Assembly (NCBI GenBank): GCA_963842525.1
Contig: CAWJGT010000009.1
Coordinates: forward strand, 864,001-928,000
DNA from: an uncultured Holophagales bacterium
Lineage (GTDB): Bacteria; Acidobacteriota; Thermoanaerobaculia; Multivoradales; UBA5704
DNA: 64,000 nt
Direction of reading: 5' to 3'
Shown here: positions 30,250 through 41,082 of the stretch, in pieces
Layout of the letters: each line of letters begins with the position of its first letter
How positions within the stretch are numbered: the first letter of the stretch is position 1
Notes under the pieces: model-generated
What the model was told of the DNA's origin: nothing
Seen by the model: the letters and a program-made list of their open reading frames with translations, nothing else
Databases searched by the model: none
Position numbers and translations under genes: made by a program

Positions 30250-30550
30250 GCCCGGCGCCCCGATCGCCCTCGGGCGACAGCAGCTCGGGATGCTTCTTCG
30301 GCAGCCAATCGGCGAGGAAATCGAATCCGCGCCTCCGGCCTTCGGAGCGGATGCGTGGACGCCACCGGGACCACCCCTGGACCAGGTCCGGGAAACCGAG
30401 GAGTCTAACGATCTCCGGGTAGGGGGCGTGCTCGAGGAGGCGAACCGCGGCCCAGTCTCGATCCAGGCGGCCCAGCCTCTTCCGGCCAGCCAGGATCTCC
30501 CGGAAGGTGCTCTCGTCGATGTCGTAGTCCCAGAGGTAAGCCGGTTTCAC
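30242..30550 (-). CDS. Putative antitoxin partner of AbiEii
   Basis: Small protein YLWDYDID...WAAVRLLEHAPY overlapping the AbiEii start. Confidence 0.7.
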   Translation of the reverse strand: MKPAYLWDYDIDESTFREILAGRKRLGRLDRDWAAVRLLEHAPYPEIVRLLGFPDLVQGWSRWRPRIRSEGRRRGFDFLADWLPKKHPELLSPEGDRGAGRG

Positions 30551-30721
30551 GATTCAAGAGTCTCCTTGAAGAGACGGACAGCCGTCGCCTGCTGGCGGCC
30601 GGCAGCAAGAGTGTAGCGTGCCGGGCTGGCGCTCTGCTCCCGACTCTGGTAAACACAGACCCTCTCCGAGCCGTCCTGGCTCCGGAGCAGTAGGTGATCT
30701 GCAAAGTGGCAGCGGGAGAGC

Positions 30722-32053
30722 ATGAGGATGAGCGGCGAAGCGGGCTGGCAGCGGGTGGTCATCGAGGGGGTCGTGCCGGAGATCGACTGCGGCCAGTTCC
30801 CGATTCAGCGGGTGGTCGGCGAACGGGTGGTGGTGGAGGCGGATCTGTTCGCCGACGGCCACGACGTCATTGCTTGTCGTCTGCTGTACCGTGCGCCGGC
30901 CGCCGCGGAGTGGAGCGAGGTCGAGATGACGGCCCTCCGCAACGACCGCTGGCGCGCCGCCTTCACCGTCACCGAGGAGGGGCGCTGGCGCTATACGATC
31001 CTCGGCTGGATCGCCGACCGCCGATTCGCCACGCCGTACCGCGAGCTAGAGGTGGTGGTCGACCGCGTCCGGGCGCGGTTTTCCACCTGGTATGAGCTGC
31101 GGCACGGGGCCGAGGAGCGTCTGGAAGACATCGCCGGCCTGGGCTTTGATGTCCTCTGCCTGCCCCCGGACATAACCACAGACCTCCGCCGTTTCCGTGA
31201 GAAGGCCGCGGAGCACGGCCTGGAGATCGCCCTCGATCTCACGGACGAGGTCTCTCCCGACCACCAGCTCGCGAGCGCCGTCGGCTCCTGGGTAGAGCAG
31301 GGGGTGCGCATTTTTCGGGTGCAGGAGCCGCAGAACCGGCCGTTTCCCTTCTGGGAGCGGTTGATCCACGAGGTCAAGCGCGAGCACCCGGACGTGCTCT
31401 TCGCCGCCGCGGCGCACACCCGCCCGAAGGTCGTCATGCGGCTGGCCAAGCTCGGCTTCCATCAGCTCTGCACCGATTTCCCCTCGCGCATCACGCGCCG
31501 GGGGCTGATCGAGTCCATCACCGACCTGCGGCGGGCCGGGATGCGCGAGGTCTTCCGTCCCAATCTGCAAGTGAGCTTACCGGATCCCCAGGAGGCGCCG
31601 GCGGTGTTCGTGCAGCGGCTGATCCTGGCGGCCACCCTCGGTGCGAGCTACGGGCTCGACGGCTCGGAGGTCGAAGAGGGCCTGGGCGAGCTCATCGCCC
31701 GGGTCAACCGCATCCGCAACGAGAACCCGGCCCTCCAGAGCGATCGCGGCCTGCGCTTCCATGCGGCCGAGAACGACCAGATCCTCTGCTACAGCAAGAT
31801 GGACGAGCGGGGCGGCAACGTCCTCCTTGTGGTGGTCAACCTCGATCCGCAGAACGTCCAGTCCACCTGGGTGGAGCTGCCGGTCGAGGACCTCGGGGTG
31901 CCCGGCGAAGAGCCGTTCCAGGTCCACGACCTGCTGACCGGCGCGCGGTATCTCTGGCACGGATCGCGCAACTTCGTCCAGCTCGACCCGAAGTCGATCC
32001 CGGCCCACATCTTTCGCGTGCAGCGGCGGGTCCGGCCGGACGGGGGATCTTGA
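30722..32053 (+). CDS. glgE: Shortened GlgE-like maltosyltransferase homologue lacking catalytic residues
   Basis: DUF3416-type N-terminus ([25 protein letters not shown]), ARFSTWYE and C-terminal VVNLDP...NFVQLDP...AHIF. FRVQEPQ replaces FRVDNPH. Confidence 0.8.
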   Translation: MRMSGEAGWQRVVIEGVVPEIDCGQFPIQRVVGERVVVEADLFADGHDVIACRLLYRAPAAAEWSEVEMTALRNDRWRAAFTVTEEGRWRYTILGWIADRRFATPYRELEVVVDRVRARFSTWYELRHGAEERLEDIAGLGFDVLCLPPDITTDLRRFREKAAEHGLEIALDLTDEVSPDHQLASAVGSWVEQGVRIFRVQEPQNRPFPFWERLIHEVKREHPDVLFAAAAHTRPKVVMRLAKLGFHQLCTDFPSRITRRGLIESITDLRRAGMREVFRPNLQVSLPDPQEAPAVFVQRLILAATLGASYGLDGSEVEEGLGELIARVNRIRNENPALQSDRGLRFHAAENDQILCYSKMDERGGNVLLVVVNLDPQNVQSTWVELPVEDLGVPGEEPFQVHDLLTGARYLWHGSRNFVQLDPKSIPAHIFRVQRRVRPDGGS

Positions 32054-35000
32054 TGAGGGGTGAGGGAGAGAACCGGGGAGGGAGCGATCCTCTCTGGTAC
32101 AAGGATGCGATCATCTACGAGCTGCATGTACGCGCCTTCTTCGATTCGAACGGCGACGGCCGCGGCGATTTCCAGGGGCTGACTGCCAAGCTCGACTACC
32201 TGCGGGACCTGGGCGTCACCGCCATCTGGATCCTGCCGTTCTATCCCTCGCCCTGGCGCGACGACGGCTATGACATCTCCGATTACACGGACGTCCATTC
32301 GACCTATGGCACGCTCGAAGACTTCAAGACGTTCCTCGACGAAGCCCATCGCCGCGGCCTCAAGGTGATCACCGAGCTGGTGATCAATCACACCTCGGAC
32401 CAGCACCCCTGGTTCCAGCGCGCCCGCCTCGCGCCGCCCGGCTCCACCGAGCGCGACTACTACGTCTGGAGCGAGACGGATACGAAGTACGCCGGCACGC
32501 GCATCATCTTCACCGACACCGAGGTCTCCAATTGGACCCGCGACCCGGTGGCCGGCGCCTACTACTGGCACCGCTTCTTCTCGCACCAGCCGGACCTCAA
32601 CTTCGACAACCCGCGCGTCCACGAGGAGGTTTTGAAGGCGCTCGACTTCTGGATGGAGATGGGGGTCGACGGCCTGCGGCTCGACGCCGTGCCGTACCTC
32701 TACGAGCGCGAGGGGACCCACAACGAGAACCTGCCCGAGACGCACGCCTTCCTGAAGAAGCTCCGCGCCCATGTCGACCAGGAGTTCCGGGGCCGCATGC
32801 TGCTCGCCGAGGCGAACCAGTGGCCGGAGGACGCCATCGCCTACTTCGGCGACCCGGCGGCCGGGGGCGACGAGTGCCACATGTGCTTCCACTTCCCGGT
32901 GATGCCGCGCCTGTTCATGGCGATCCGCCTGGAAGACCGGTTTCCTGTGCTCGACATCCTGCAGCAGACCCCGCCCATCCCGGAGAACGCCCAGTGGGCG
33001 ACCTTCCTGCGCAACCACGACGAGCTGACGCTCGAGATGGTGACCGACGAAGACCGCGACTACATGTACCGGGTCTACGCGCAGGACAAGGCACAGCGCA
33101 TCAACGCCGGTATACGCCGCCGCCTGGCGCCGCTCCTGGGCAACGACCGGCGGCGCATCGAGCTGATGAACGGCCTGCTCTTCTCGCTGCCCGGGACGCC
33201 GGTGATCTACTATGGCGACGAGATCGGGATGGGCGACAATTTCTATCTGGGCGACCGCGACGGTGTGCGCACCCCCATGCAGTGGAGCGCGGACAGGAAC
33301 GCCGGTTTCTCGCGCGCCAATCCGCAGCGGCTCTATCTGCCGGTGATCGTCGACCCCGAATACCACTACGAGGCGGTCAACGTCGAGGCCCAGGAGAGCA
33401 ACCGGTACTCGTTGCTCTGGTGGATGCGGCGGCTCATCGCCTTGCGCAAGCGCCACCTGGCGTTCAGCCGCGGCACGATCGAGTTCCTGGAGCCGGAGAA
33501 CCATCGCGTGCTCGCCTTTCTCCGCCGCCACGGCGACGAGGCTCTGCTGGTGGTGGCCAACCTCTCCCGCTTCGCCCAGCACCTGGAGCTCGACCTGTCA
33601 GCGCTGGCGGGGATGACGCCCCTCGAGCTCTTCGGACGCTCTCCTTTCCCCCGGATCACCGAGAGGGCCTATGCCCTGACCCTGGGGCCGCACTCGTTCT
33701 ATTGGTTCTCGCTGGTCACCGAGCCTGCGGCCTTCGGGAGGCCGCGGCAGAGGGCCTCCGGAGCCGCTCCGGTCGAGCCGGAGGTCCCGGCCTTCGCGAT
33801 CCTGGGCGGCTGGGAGGAGGTCCTCGCAGCGCGCTTCAAGGAGGGCCTGGAGAACGCTCTGGCCGGCCTCCTGCCGTCGCGCCGCTGGCTCGCCGGCAAG
33901 GCCAGGACCGTGAGCGGCGTTGCGATCCAGGAGGCGATCCCGGCCGGCTTTTGCGACGCCTGGTTCCTCCTCCTCCGGGTGGACTTCACGGACGCGGAAC
34001 CGGAGACCTATGTCCTGCCGATCGCCTTTGCCCCCGCGGGCAGGTCGAGCTTCATCCGCCAGCTCCGCCAGGCAGCGGCTCCGTGGATCCTCCTGCGGCT
34101 CGAATCCGACCGGCCGGAGGGGACGGGCCTGCTCTACGATCCGCTCGGAGATCCGGGCTTCTCGCGGGAGATGCTTGCGGCGATCGACCGGGGCGGCCGT
34201 TTCCGCGGCGGGCAGAGCGATCTGATCGTCCGGACTGCGCCGCTCTTCGCCGAGCTGCGCGGCCAGGGCGAGCTCGAGCCGGCTCCTCTCGGCATGGAGC
34301 AGGCCAATTCCCTGATCCGCTATGGAGATTGCCTGGTGCTCAAGCTGTTCCGGCGGCTGGAGCCGGGGATCAACCCCGACCTCGAGGTCGGCCGTTTCCT
34401 GACCGAGGAGACGACCTTTCGCAACGCGCCGCGCGTGGCCGGCTGGCTGGACGTCCAGCCGCGGGAGGCCGGCGCCGAGCGTTTCACCCTCGGCATCCTC
34501 CAGGAATTCGTGCCCAACGAAGAGGACGCCTGGCGCTTCACGCTGGACGCCCTGGGGCGCTTCTACGAGCGCGCCCTCACCGGCTGGGGCCGTGGCGAGC
34601 ACGGGCCGGCCCGGCTGCCGGAGGAGCCCTGGTCGAGTTGGCCCGGGCCGAGCCGCCCGCCGAGGCCTACGAGCGGATCGGGACCTATCTGACGATCGTG
34701 CGGCAGCTCGGCGAGCGCACCGCCGGGCTGCACATCGCCCTGGCCTCCGGGACCGGCCGGGACTTCGCGCCAGAGCCTTTCTCCGAGCTCTACCAGCGGT
34801 CGCTCTATGATGCGATGCGCACGCAGGTGAAGAAGAGCTTCCGCCTGCTGCGGCAGCATCTCGACAGCCTGGAGCCGGCCGACCGCGAGAGGGCGGAACG
34901 GGTGCTCGCCGCCGAGGATGCGATGATCGGCCGCTTCCAGCGCCTGACCAGTGGCAAGATCTCCGCCGATGCGGATCCGCATCCACGGCGACTATCATCT

Positions 35001-35454
35001 GGGCCGGGTGCTCTGGACCGGCAAGGACTTCGTGATCGTCGGCTTCGAGGGCGAGCCGTCGCGTTCGCTGTCGGAGCGGCGCCTGAAGCGCTCGCCGTTC
35101 CGGGACGTGGCCGGGATGCTGCGCTCGTTTCACTATGCCGCTTCGGCAAAGCTCTTCGAGGAGGCGTCGGTGGGCGTGGTGCCCCGGGATGAGTCCCTGG
35201 CCGAGCTGAGGACCTGGGCACGGTACTGGGAACGCCGGGTCTCGGCGGAATTCCTCCGCGCCTACCTGGACCGGGCGCGGGGCGCCTCCTTCGGCTCCTT
35301 GCCGCCGCAGGAGGTCGCCGTCCTTCTCGACGCCTACCTCCTCGAAAAGGCGGCGTACGAGCTGGCCCATGAGCTGAACAACCGCCCGGCCTGGGTGGGG
35401 ATCCCGCTCGAAGGCATCCTCCAGATCCTGGGCGGCGAGGGAGAAGGCCGATGA
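32053..35454 (+). CDS. treS: Trehalose synthase fused to maltokinase (frameshifts near 34630 and 34965)
   Basis: [34 protein letters not shown] and [11 protein letters not shown]. Maltokinase motifs [20 protein letters not shown] and RIHGDYHLG. Confidence 0.92.
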
Positions 35455-37541
35455 GCTCGGAGCGCGAAGACCTCCTCACGCTGGCCCGCCTGTACGGCGT
35501 GCAGACGTCGTATCACGACGTCTGGGGGAACTACGTCGAGGCATCCCCCGAGTCGCTGCTCGGCGTGCTGCGCGCGCTCGAAGCGCCGGTCGAGGGTCTC
35601 GGCGACGTCCCGGAGGCCCTGGAGGCGCGGCGCGAGGAGCTGGCCTCGCGGATTGTGGAGCCGGTGGTGGTGGCCTGGGACGGGCACGTGCACGCCGGCA
35701 TCGAGCTGCGGCTCGGGGCTCTGGGGGCGGACATCCGCGGACCGCTCGCCTGCCATCTCGACCTCGAAGGCGGCGAGCGCCGCGGCTGGGTGCTCGACCT
35801 CGAGAGCCTGCCCGAGACCCGGGAGGGGGTCCGCAGCCTGACCCTCCCGGAGCCGCTGCCCACCGGTTATCACGAGCTGCGGATCGAGGCGGGCGGCCGG
35901 GCCGAGGAGACGCTGATCCTCTCGGCGCCATCGCGCGCCTGGACGGAGGAGAGGCCGCTCTGGGGCGTCTTCCTTCCTCTCTATGCCCTGCACACGGCGC
36001 GGAGCTGGGGCGCCGGAGACTTCTCCGACCTGGAGACCCTGGCCGAGTGGACCGCGGGCCTCGGCGGCGGCGTGGTGGCGACGCTGCCGATGCTCGCCGC
36101 CTTCCTCGACGAGCCCTGCGAGCCCAGCCCCTACGCGCCGGCCAGCCGGCTGTTCTGGAACGAGCTGTACCTCGACCCCCGGCGCCTGCCCGAGATCGAG
36201 GAGAGCACCGCCGCCCGGCGGCTGCTCGAGTCGGCGGACTTCCAGCGCGAGACCGAGACCCTGCGCGCCGCGCAGCGGGTCGACTATCCCCGGCTCGATG
36301 GCCCTCAAGCGGCGGGTGCTCGAGGAGCTCGCCCACCGCTTCTTCGCCCGGCCTTCGGACCGGCAGGAGGAGCTCGAGCAGCTTCTGCGAAGGAAGCCGG
36401 AGCTCGAGACCTATGCCGCGTTCCGCGCGGTCGGGGACCGCCGGGGCGAGACCTGGCAGCGCTGGCCGGAGCGGCTGCGCGAAGGCACGCTCGCTCCCGC
36501 CGACTACGACGAGGACGACCGCCGCTACTACCTCTGGACCCAGTGGGCCTGCGACCAGCAGATGCGCGCCATGGCGAAGGAGGCGCGGCGCCGCGGGCCG
36601 GGGCTCTACCTCGACCTGCCGCTCGGCGTGCACGGCAGCTCCTACGACGTCTGGCGCGAACGCAACCTCTTCGCCCAGGGGGTCTCGGGAGCAGCGGCGG
36701 GGGCGCCGCCGGACTCGTTCTTCACCAAGGGGCAGAACTGGGGCTTCCCGCCGCTTCACCCCGAACGGCTGCGCGAGCGCGGCTACAAGCATCTCGATCG
36801 CCGTGCCTGCGCCACCACCTGGAGCACGCCGGGCTGCTGCGCATCGACCACGTGATGCAGCTCCAGCGGCTGTTCTGGATCCCGCAGGGGATGGAGGCCC
36901 GCGACGGCGCCTACGTCACCTACCCGGCCGAGGAGCTGTGCGCCGTGCTGTCGCTGGAGTCCCACCGCCACAAGGCGATGATCGTCGGCGAGAACCTCGG
37001 GACCGTGCCGCCGCGAGGTCAACGAGGCCATGGACCGCCACGAGGTCCTCGGCATGTACGTGGTGCAGTACGAGCTGCAGCCGGCGGCCAGGGCCTGCGC
37101 CAGCCGCCGGCGAGGTCGGCGGCAAGCCTCAACACGCACGACATGCCGACCTTCCGCGCCTTCTGGGAGGGCCGGGACGTGGAAGACCTGGAGAGCCTCG
37201 GCTTCTTCGACGCGGAGCAGGCGCGCAACGAGCGCAACCGGCGCGCCGAGATCCGCGCCTCGATGGAGAACGAGCTGCCTCCCGAGTCCCGCGGCGACGC
37301 GGAAGCGATCTGGCGCAACGTCCTGCTCCTGCTCCTGGAGCGCCTCGCCGCCAGCCCGGCCCGGATGGTCCTGATCAACCTGGAGGACCTGTGGGGCGAG
37401 GCCGAGCCGCAGAACATCCCGGGCACTCACACCGAGCGCCCGAACTGGCGGCGCAAGGCGCGGCTGTCGTTCGAAGAATTCTCGACCGATCCCCGGGTCG
37501 TGGACACGCTGCGCCGGGTGGATGAGCTGCGGAGGGGATGA
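35451..37541 (+). CDS. malQ: 4-alpha-glucanotransferase (several frameshifts)
   Basis: [61 protein letters not shown] and NIPGT...NWRRK, spread over frames. Confidence 0.9.
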   Translation: MSSEREDLLTLARLYGVQTSYHDVWGNYVEASPESLLGVLRALEAPVEGLGDVPEALEARREELASRIVEPVVVAWDGHVHAGIELRLGALGADIRGPLACHLDLEGGERRGWVLDLESLPETREGVRSLTLPEPLPTGYHELRIEAGGRAEETLILSAPSRAWTEERPLWGVFLPLYALHTARSWGAGDFSDLETLAEWTAGLGGGVVATLPMLAAFLDEPCEPSPYAPASRLFWNELYLDPRRLPEIEESTAARRLLESADFQRETETLRAAQRVDYPRLDGPQAAGARGARPPLLRPAFGPAGGARAASAKEAGARDLCRVPRGRGPPGRDLAALAGAAARRHARSRRLRRGRPPLLPLDPVGLRPADARHGEGGAAPRAGALPRPAARRARQLLRRLARTQPLRPGGLGSSGGGAAGLVLHQGAELGLPAASPRTAARARLQASRSPCLRHHLEHAGLLRIDHVMQLQRLFWIPQGMEARDGAYVTYPAEELCAVLSLESHRHKAMIVGENLGTVPPRGQRGHGPPRGPRHVRGAVRAAAGGQGLRQPPARSAASLNTHDMPTFRAFWEGRDVEDLESLGFFDAEQARNERNRRAEIRASMENELPPESRGDAEAIWRNVLLLLLERLAASPARMVLINLEDLWGEAEPQNIPGTHTERPNWRRKARLSFEEFSTDPRVVDTLRRVDELRRG

Positions 37542-37548
37542 CCTCACG

Positions 37549-39561
37549 ATGACCAGCCCGATCGCCGACCAGGACCTCTATCTGTTCAACGAAGGCACCC
37601 ACTTCCGGCTCTACGACAAGCTGGGCGCCCATCTCGGGGAGAACGAGGACGGCGAGAAGGGCGTCAGGTTCGCGGTCTGGGCGCCCAACGCCGAGAGCGT
37701 CTCGGTGATCGGCGACTGGAACGATTGGGATGTTCGAGCGAGCAGGCGGACCGGCTCACGCCACGCGGCGGCTCCGGCATCTGGGAGGGCTTCGTCCCGG
37801 GCATCGGGCGGGGGACGCTGCTACAAGTACCACATCGCTCCCGCTTCCACGGCTACCGGGTCGACAAGGCCGACCCCTTCGCCTTCTACGCCGAGATCCC
37901 GCCGCGGACCGGCCTCGATCGTCTGGGACCTCGACTACGAATGGGGGGACGACGAGTGGATGGCGGCGCGCGGCGAACGGCAATCGCCCGCGGCGCCGAT
38001 GTCGATCTACGAGGTCCACCTCGGCTCCTGGCGGCGGGTCCTGGAGGAGGGGAACCGATCGCTCACCTACCGCGAGATCGCGCCGCTGCTCGCCGAGCAC
38101 GTCAAGCGCCTGGGCTTCACCCACGTCGAGCTGCTGCCGATCATGGAGCACCCGTTCTACGGCTCCTGGGGCTACCAGACGACCGGCTACTTCGCCCCGA
38201 CCAGCCGCTACGGCACGCCGCAGGACTTCATGTTTCTGATCGACCACCTGCACCAGCAGGGGATCGGCGTCATCCTCGACTGGGTGCCGTCGCACTTCCC
38301 GAGCGACGAGCACGGCCTCGGCTTCTTCGACGGCACGCACCTCTACGAGCACGCCGATCCGCGGCAGGGCTTCCACCCCGACTGGAAGAGCTTCATCTTC
38401 AACTACGGCCGCAACGAGGTGCGGAGCTTCCTGATCAGCAGCGCCCTGTTCTGGCTGGAACGCTACCACGCCGACGGCCTGCGGGTGGATGCGGTGGCCT
38501 CGATGCTCTACCTCGACTACTCGCGCAAGGCCGGCGAGTGGATCCCCAACGAGCACGGCGGCCGCGAGAACCTGGAGGCCATCGCATTCCTGCGCACCCT
38601 GAACGAAGCCGTCTACGAAGCGTTCCCCGACGTCCAGACCATCGCCGAGGAATCGACCGCCTGGCCGATGGTCTCGCGCCCGATCTACCTCGGCGGCCTG
38701 GGCTTCGGCTATGAAGTGGGACATGGGGTGGATGCACGACACCCTGAAGTACTTCCCGCACGATCCGATCCACCGCAAGTACCACCACAACCAGCTCACC
38801 TTCCGGATGCTCTACGCCTTCAGCGAGAACTTCGTCCTGCCGCTCTCCCACGACGAGGTGGTCCACGGCAAGGGCTCGCTGGTGAACAAGATGCCGGGCG
38901 ACGAGTGGCAGAAGTTCGCGCAACCTGCGGCTGCTCTACGGCTACATGTTCGCCCAGCCCGGCAAGAAGCTGCTCTTCATGGGCGCCGAGCTCGCGCAAT
39001 GGCGGGAGTGGAACCACGACGCGAGCCTCGACTGGCACCTCCTCGACGAGCCCGGCCACGCCGGCGTCTCCCTCTGGCTCGAAGACCTGAACCGCCTCTA
39101 CCGCGAAGAGCCGGCGCTCCACGAGCTCGACTTCGAGCCCGAGGGCTTCGAGTGGATCGATGCCAACGACGCGGAGAACAGCGTCTTCTCCTATCCTGCG
39201 GAAGGGGAAGGAGGGAGAGCCGGTCCTGGTCGTCCTCAACTTCACGCCGGTCCCGCGCGACAACTACCGGATCGGCGTCCCGGCCGCCGGCCGCTGGCGG
39301 GAGATCCTGAACAGCGACGCCGCGTGCTACGGCGGCATGAACCAGGGCAACATGGGGTGTGTCGACGCCGAACCCATCCCCCTCCACGGCCGCCCGTGCT
39401 CCCTGACCCTCACCCTGCCGGCGCTCGGGGCGGTTTTTTTCCAGCGTGGTGCAGCACCGGAGGCGCCGGCGCAGCCCGCGGAACCGGAGGAGGCTGCGAC
39501 ACCGGAGGTTGCCGAGGCGGAGAACGATCTTTCCGAATTGCGATCTCCAGGTTCCGCCTAG
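37549..39561 (+). CDS. glgB: 1,4-alpha-glucan branching enzyme (several frameshifts)
   Basis: [62 protein letters not shown] and [10 protein letters not shown]. Confidence 0.93.
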
Positions 39562-39766
39562 GAGTTTGTCAAAGCTTCTACGGCGCAGCCGGCAACGTCT
39601 GATTCCGCTCTGCCGGGAGAAGCGAGGCGGCTCGGCGTCGTGCGACCGGACAACAGGGCAAACAAAACTACCCAGAACTGTGTCTCATTGAGCTAGGCAG
39701 CGGGAGCCACTGGTTGGGGTGGCTCCTAGACTAGCGAAAAGCGCCTCGGCACTCGATTCGGGGTAT

Positions 39767-41065
39767 ATGGCTATGCTCTACTCGGATTTCGACCTCAGAA
39801 TCGTCGCGGACGGCCCGGACTTTCAGGTTCTCGCCGACTGCGGGTCTGCTCATGCCGGCGGTCCTCTCGACCTCTGCCGGGATGACGACATCTTCCGGAC
39901 AGGCGCTTTCAGGCCGGAACGTCCATGGAGTGTCTCGCTCCGCCATCTTACTGCGGAGGCTGAAGGCGCGCGGCCGATGGCGAGGATCCTGGGGGAAAGA
40001 CTCTTCCGAGCGTTGTTCACAGGCGCCGTACGCCGGCTCTTCGACCGTTGCCGAGGGAGCCTGGAAGGTGAGTTGGATCATGGTTTACGCGTCCGCATCC
40101 TCCTCGATCCACGCGACCCGCGCGTACGGTGGCTGGCCAACATCTCGTGGGAGCTTCTCTACTGCCCTGATACTCCGGGTTTTCTGAGCCTCGATCGCCG
40201 CACTCCCGTTGTACGCTCACTCGATGTCCTGCAGCCTTTGAAAAAACCGATGCCGCAGTCTCCGTTACGTGTGTTGCTGGTGAGCGCGGGTCCAAGTGAC
40301 GCTGTTGCCTTGAGCCTCCACGAGGAGGGATCGAAGATCGAGAAGGCCATTGGGCAAATCGGCTACGTCGAGACTCGCAGGCTTGAGCACGCGACGCGGA
40401 GAGATCTGCGTTGCTGCTTGCGGGTCCAGGACTTCCAGATCGTCCACTTTATGGGCCATGGCGAGTTCGACGAGACGGCCGGGGAAGGAAGCCTGATCCT
40501 GGAGGATGCGAACGGTTTCACGGACGCTGTTTCTGGCGAGGCCCTGGCGATTCTGGTAAATGGCTCGGTGCGGCCTCTGCTGGTCGTCCTCAACGCCTGC
40601 GAGAGTGGGAAGTCCACTGACCAGATGGAGGCCGATGCTTTCGCCGGTGTGGCCGCCTCTCTGGTGCGGGAAGGCGTACCTATGGTGCTGGCCATGAGGC
40701 AGTCGGTCGACGATGGTGCCGCGGTCGAATTCGCCGAAGAATTCTACCGTGCCTTGGCTGCTGGCGACGCCGTCGAAGCCGCACTGGTCGAGGCTCGAGT
40801 TGCCGTTCACACACTGGCGCCCCACTCGCCAGAATGGGCAACCCCGATCCTCTTCTCCCGGCCTGTCGATCCTGTGCAAGAATCGTTGGCGAATCCGGAT
40901 ATTCTGGACGATCCCGGTGCTTCGGGAGAAGAGGGAGATGGCGCTACGCATCTCTCTCCTGCAGGTCCTGAGTTCCAGCAGAGCACCCGCGCGCGACGGA
41001 TCGGAACGGTCAACAACTTCCAGGCAAAGTCCATGACGTTCGGCGTGGAAAGCAAGCCGCGCTAA
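39767..41065 (+). CDS. CHAT (caspase-like) domain protease with low-complexity linker and C-terminal short motif
   Basis: ISWELL, His in IVHFMGHG, Cys in VVLNACES, VLAMRQSV, EFYRAL and EWATPILF. Alternative GTG start at 39719. Confidence 0.9.
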   Translation: MAMLYSDFDLRIVADGPDFQVLADCGSAHAGGPLDLCRDDDIFRTGAFRPERPWSVSLRHLTAEAEGARPMARILGERLFRALFTGAVRRLFDRCRGSLEGELDHGLRVRILLDPRDPRVRWLANISWELLYCPDTPGFLSLDRRTPVVRSLDVLQPLKKPMPQSPLRVLLVSAGPSDAVALSLHEEGSKIEKAIGQIGYVETRRLEHATRRDLRCCLRVQDFQIVHFMGHGEFDETAGEGSLILEDANGFTDAVSGEALAILVNGSVRPLLVVLNACESGKSTDQMEADAFAGVAASLVREGVPMVLAMRQSVDDGAAVEFAEEFYRALAAGDAVEAALVEARVAVHTLAPHSPEWATPILFSRPVDPVQESLANPDILDDPGASGEEGDGATHLSPAGPEFQQSTRARRIGTVNNFQAKSMTFGVESKPR

Positions 41066-41082
41066 GAGCAGAGGGGTAGGTC

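Noticed and set aside
34600-39200. Pseudogenisation or programmed frameshifting of treS, malQ and glgB
   Set aside because: Conserved motifs continue cleanly across scattered single-base indels. Similar indels occur throughout the window, which fits sequencing error.
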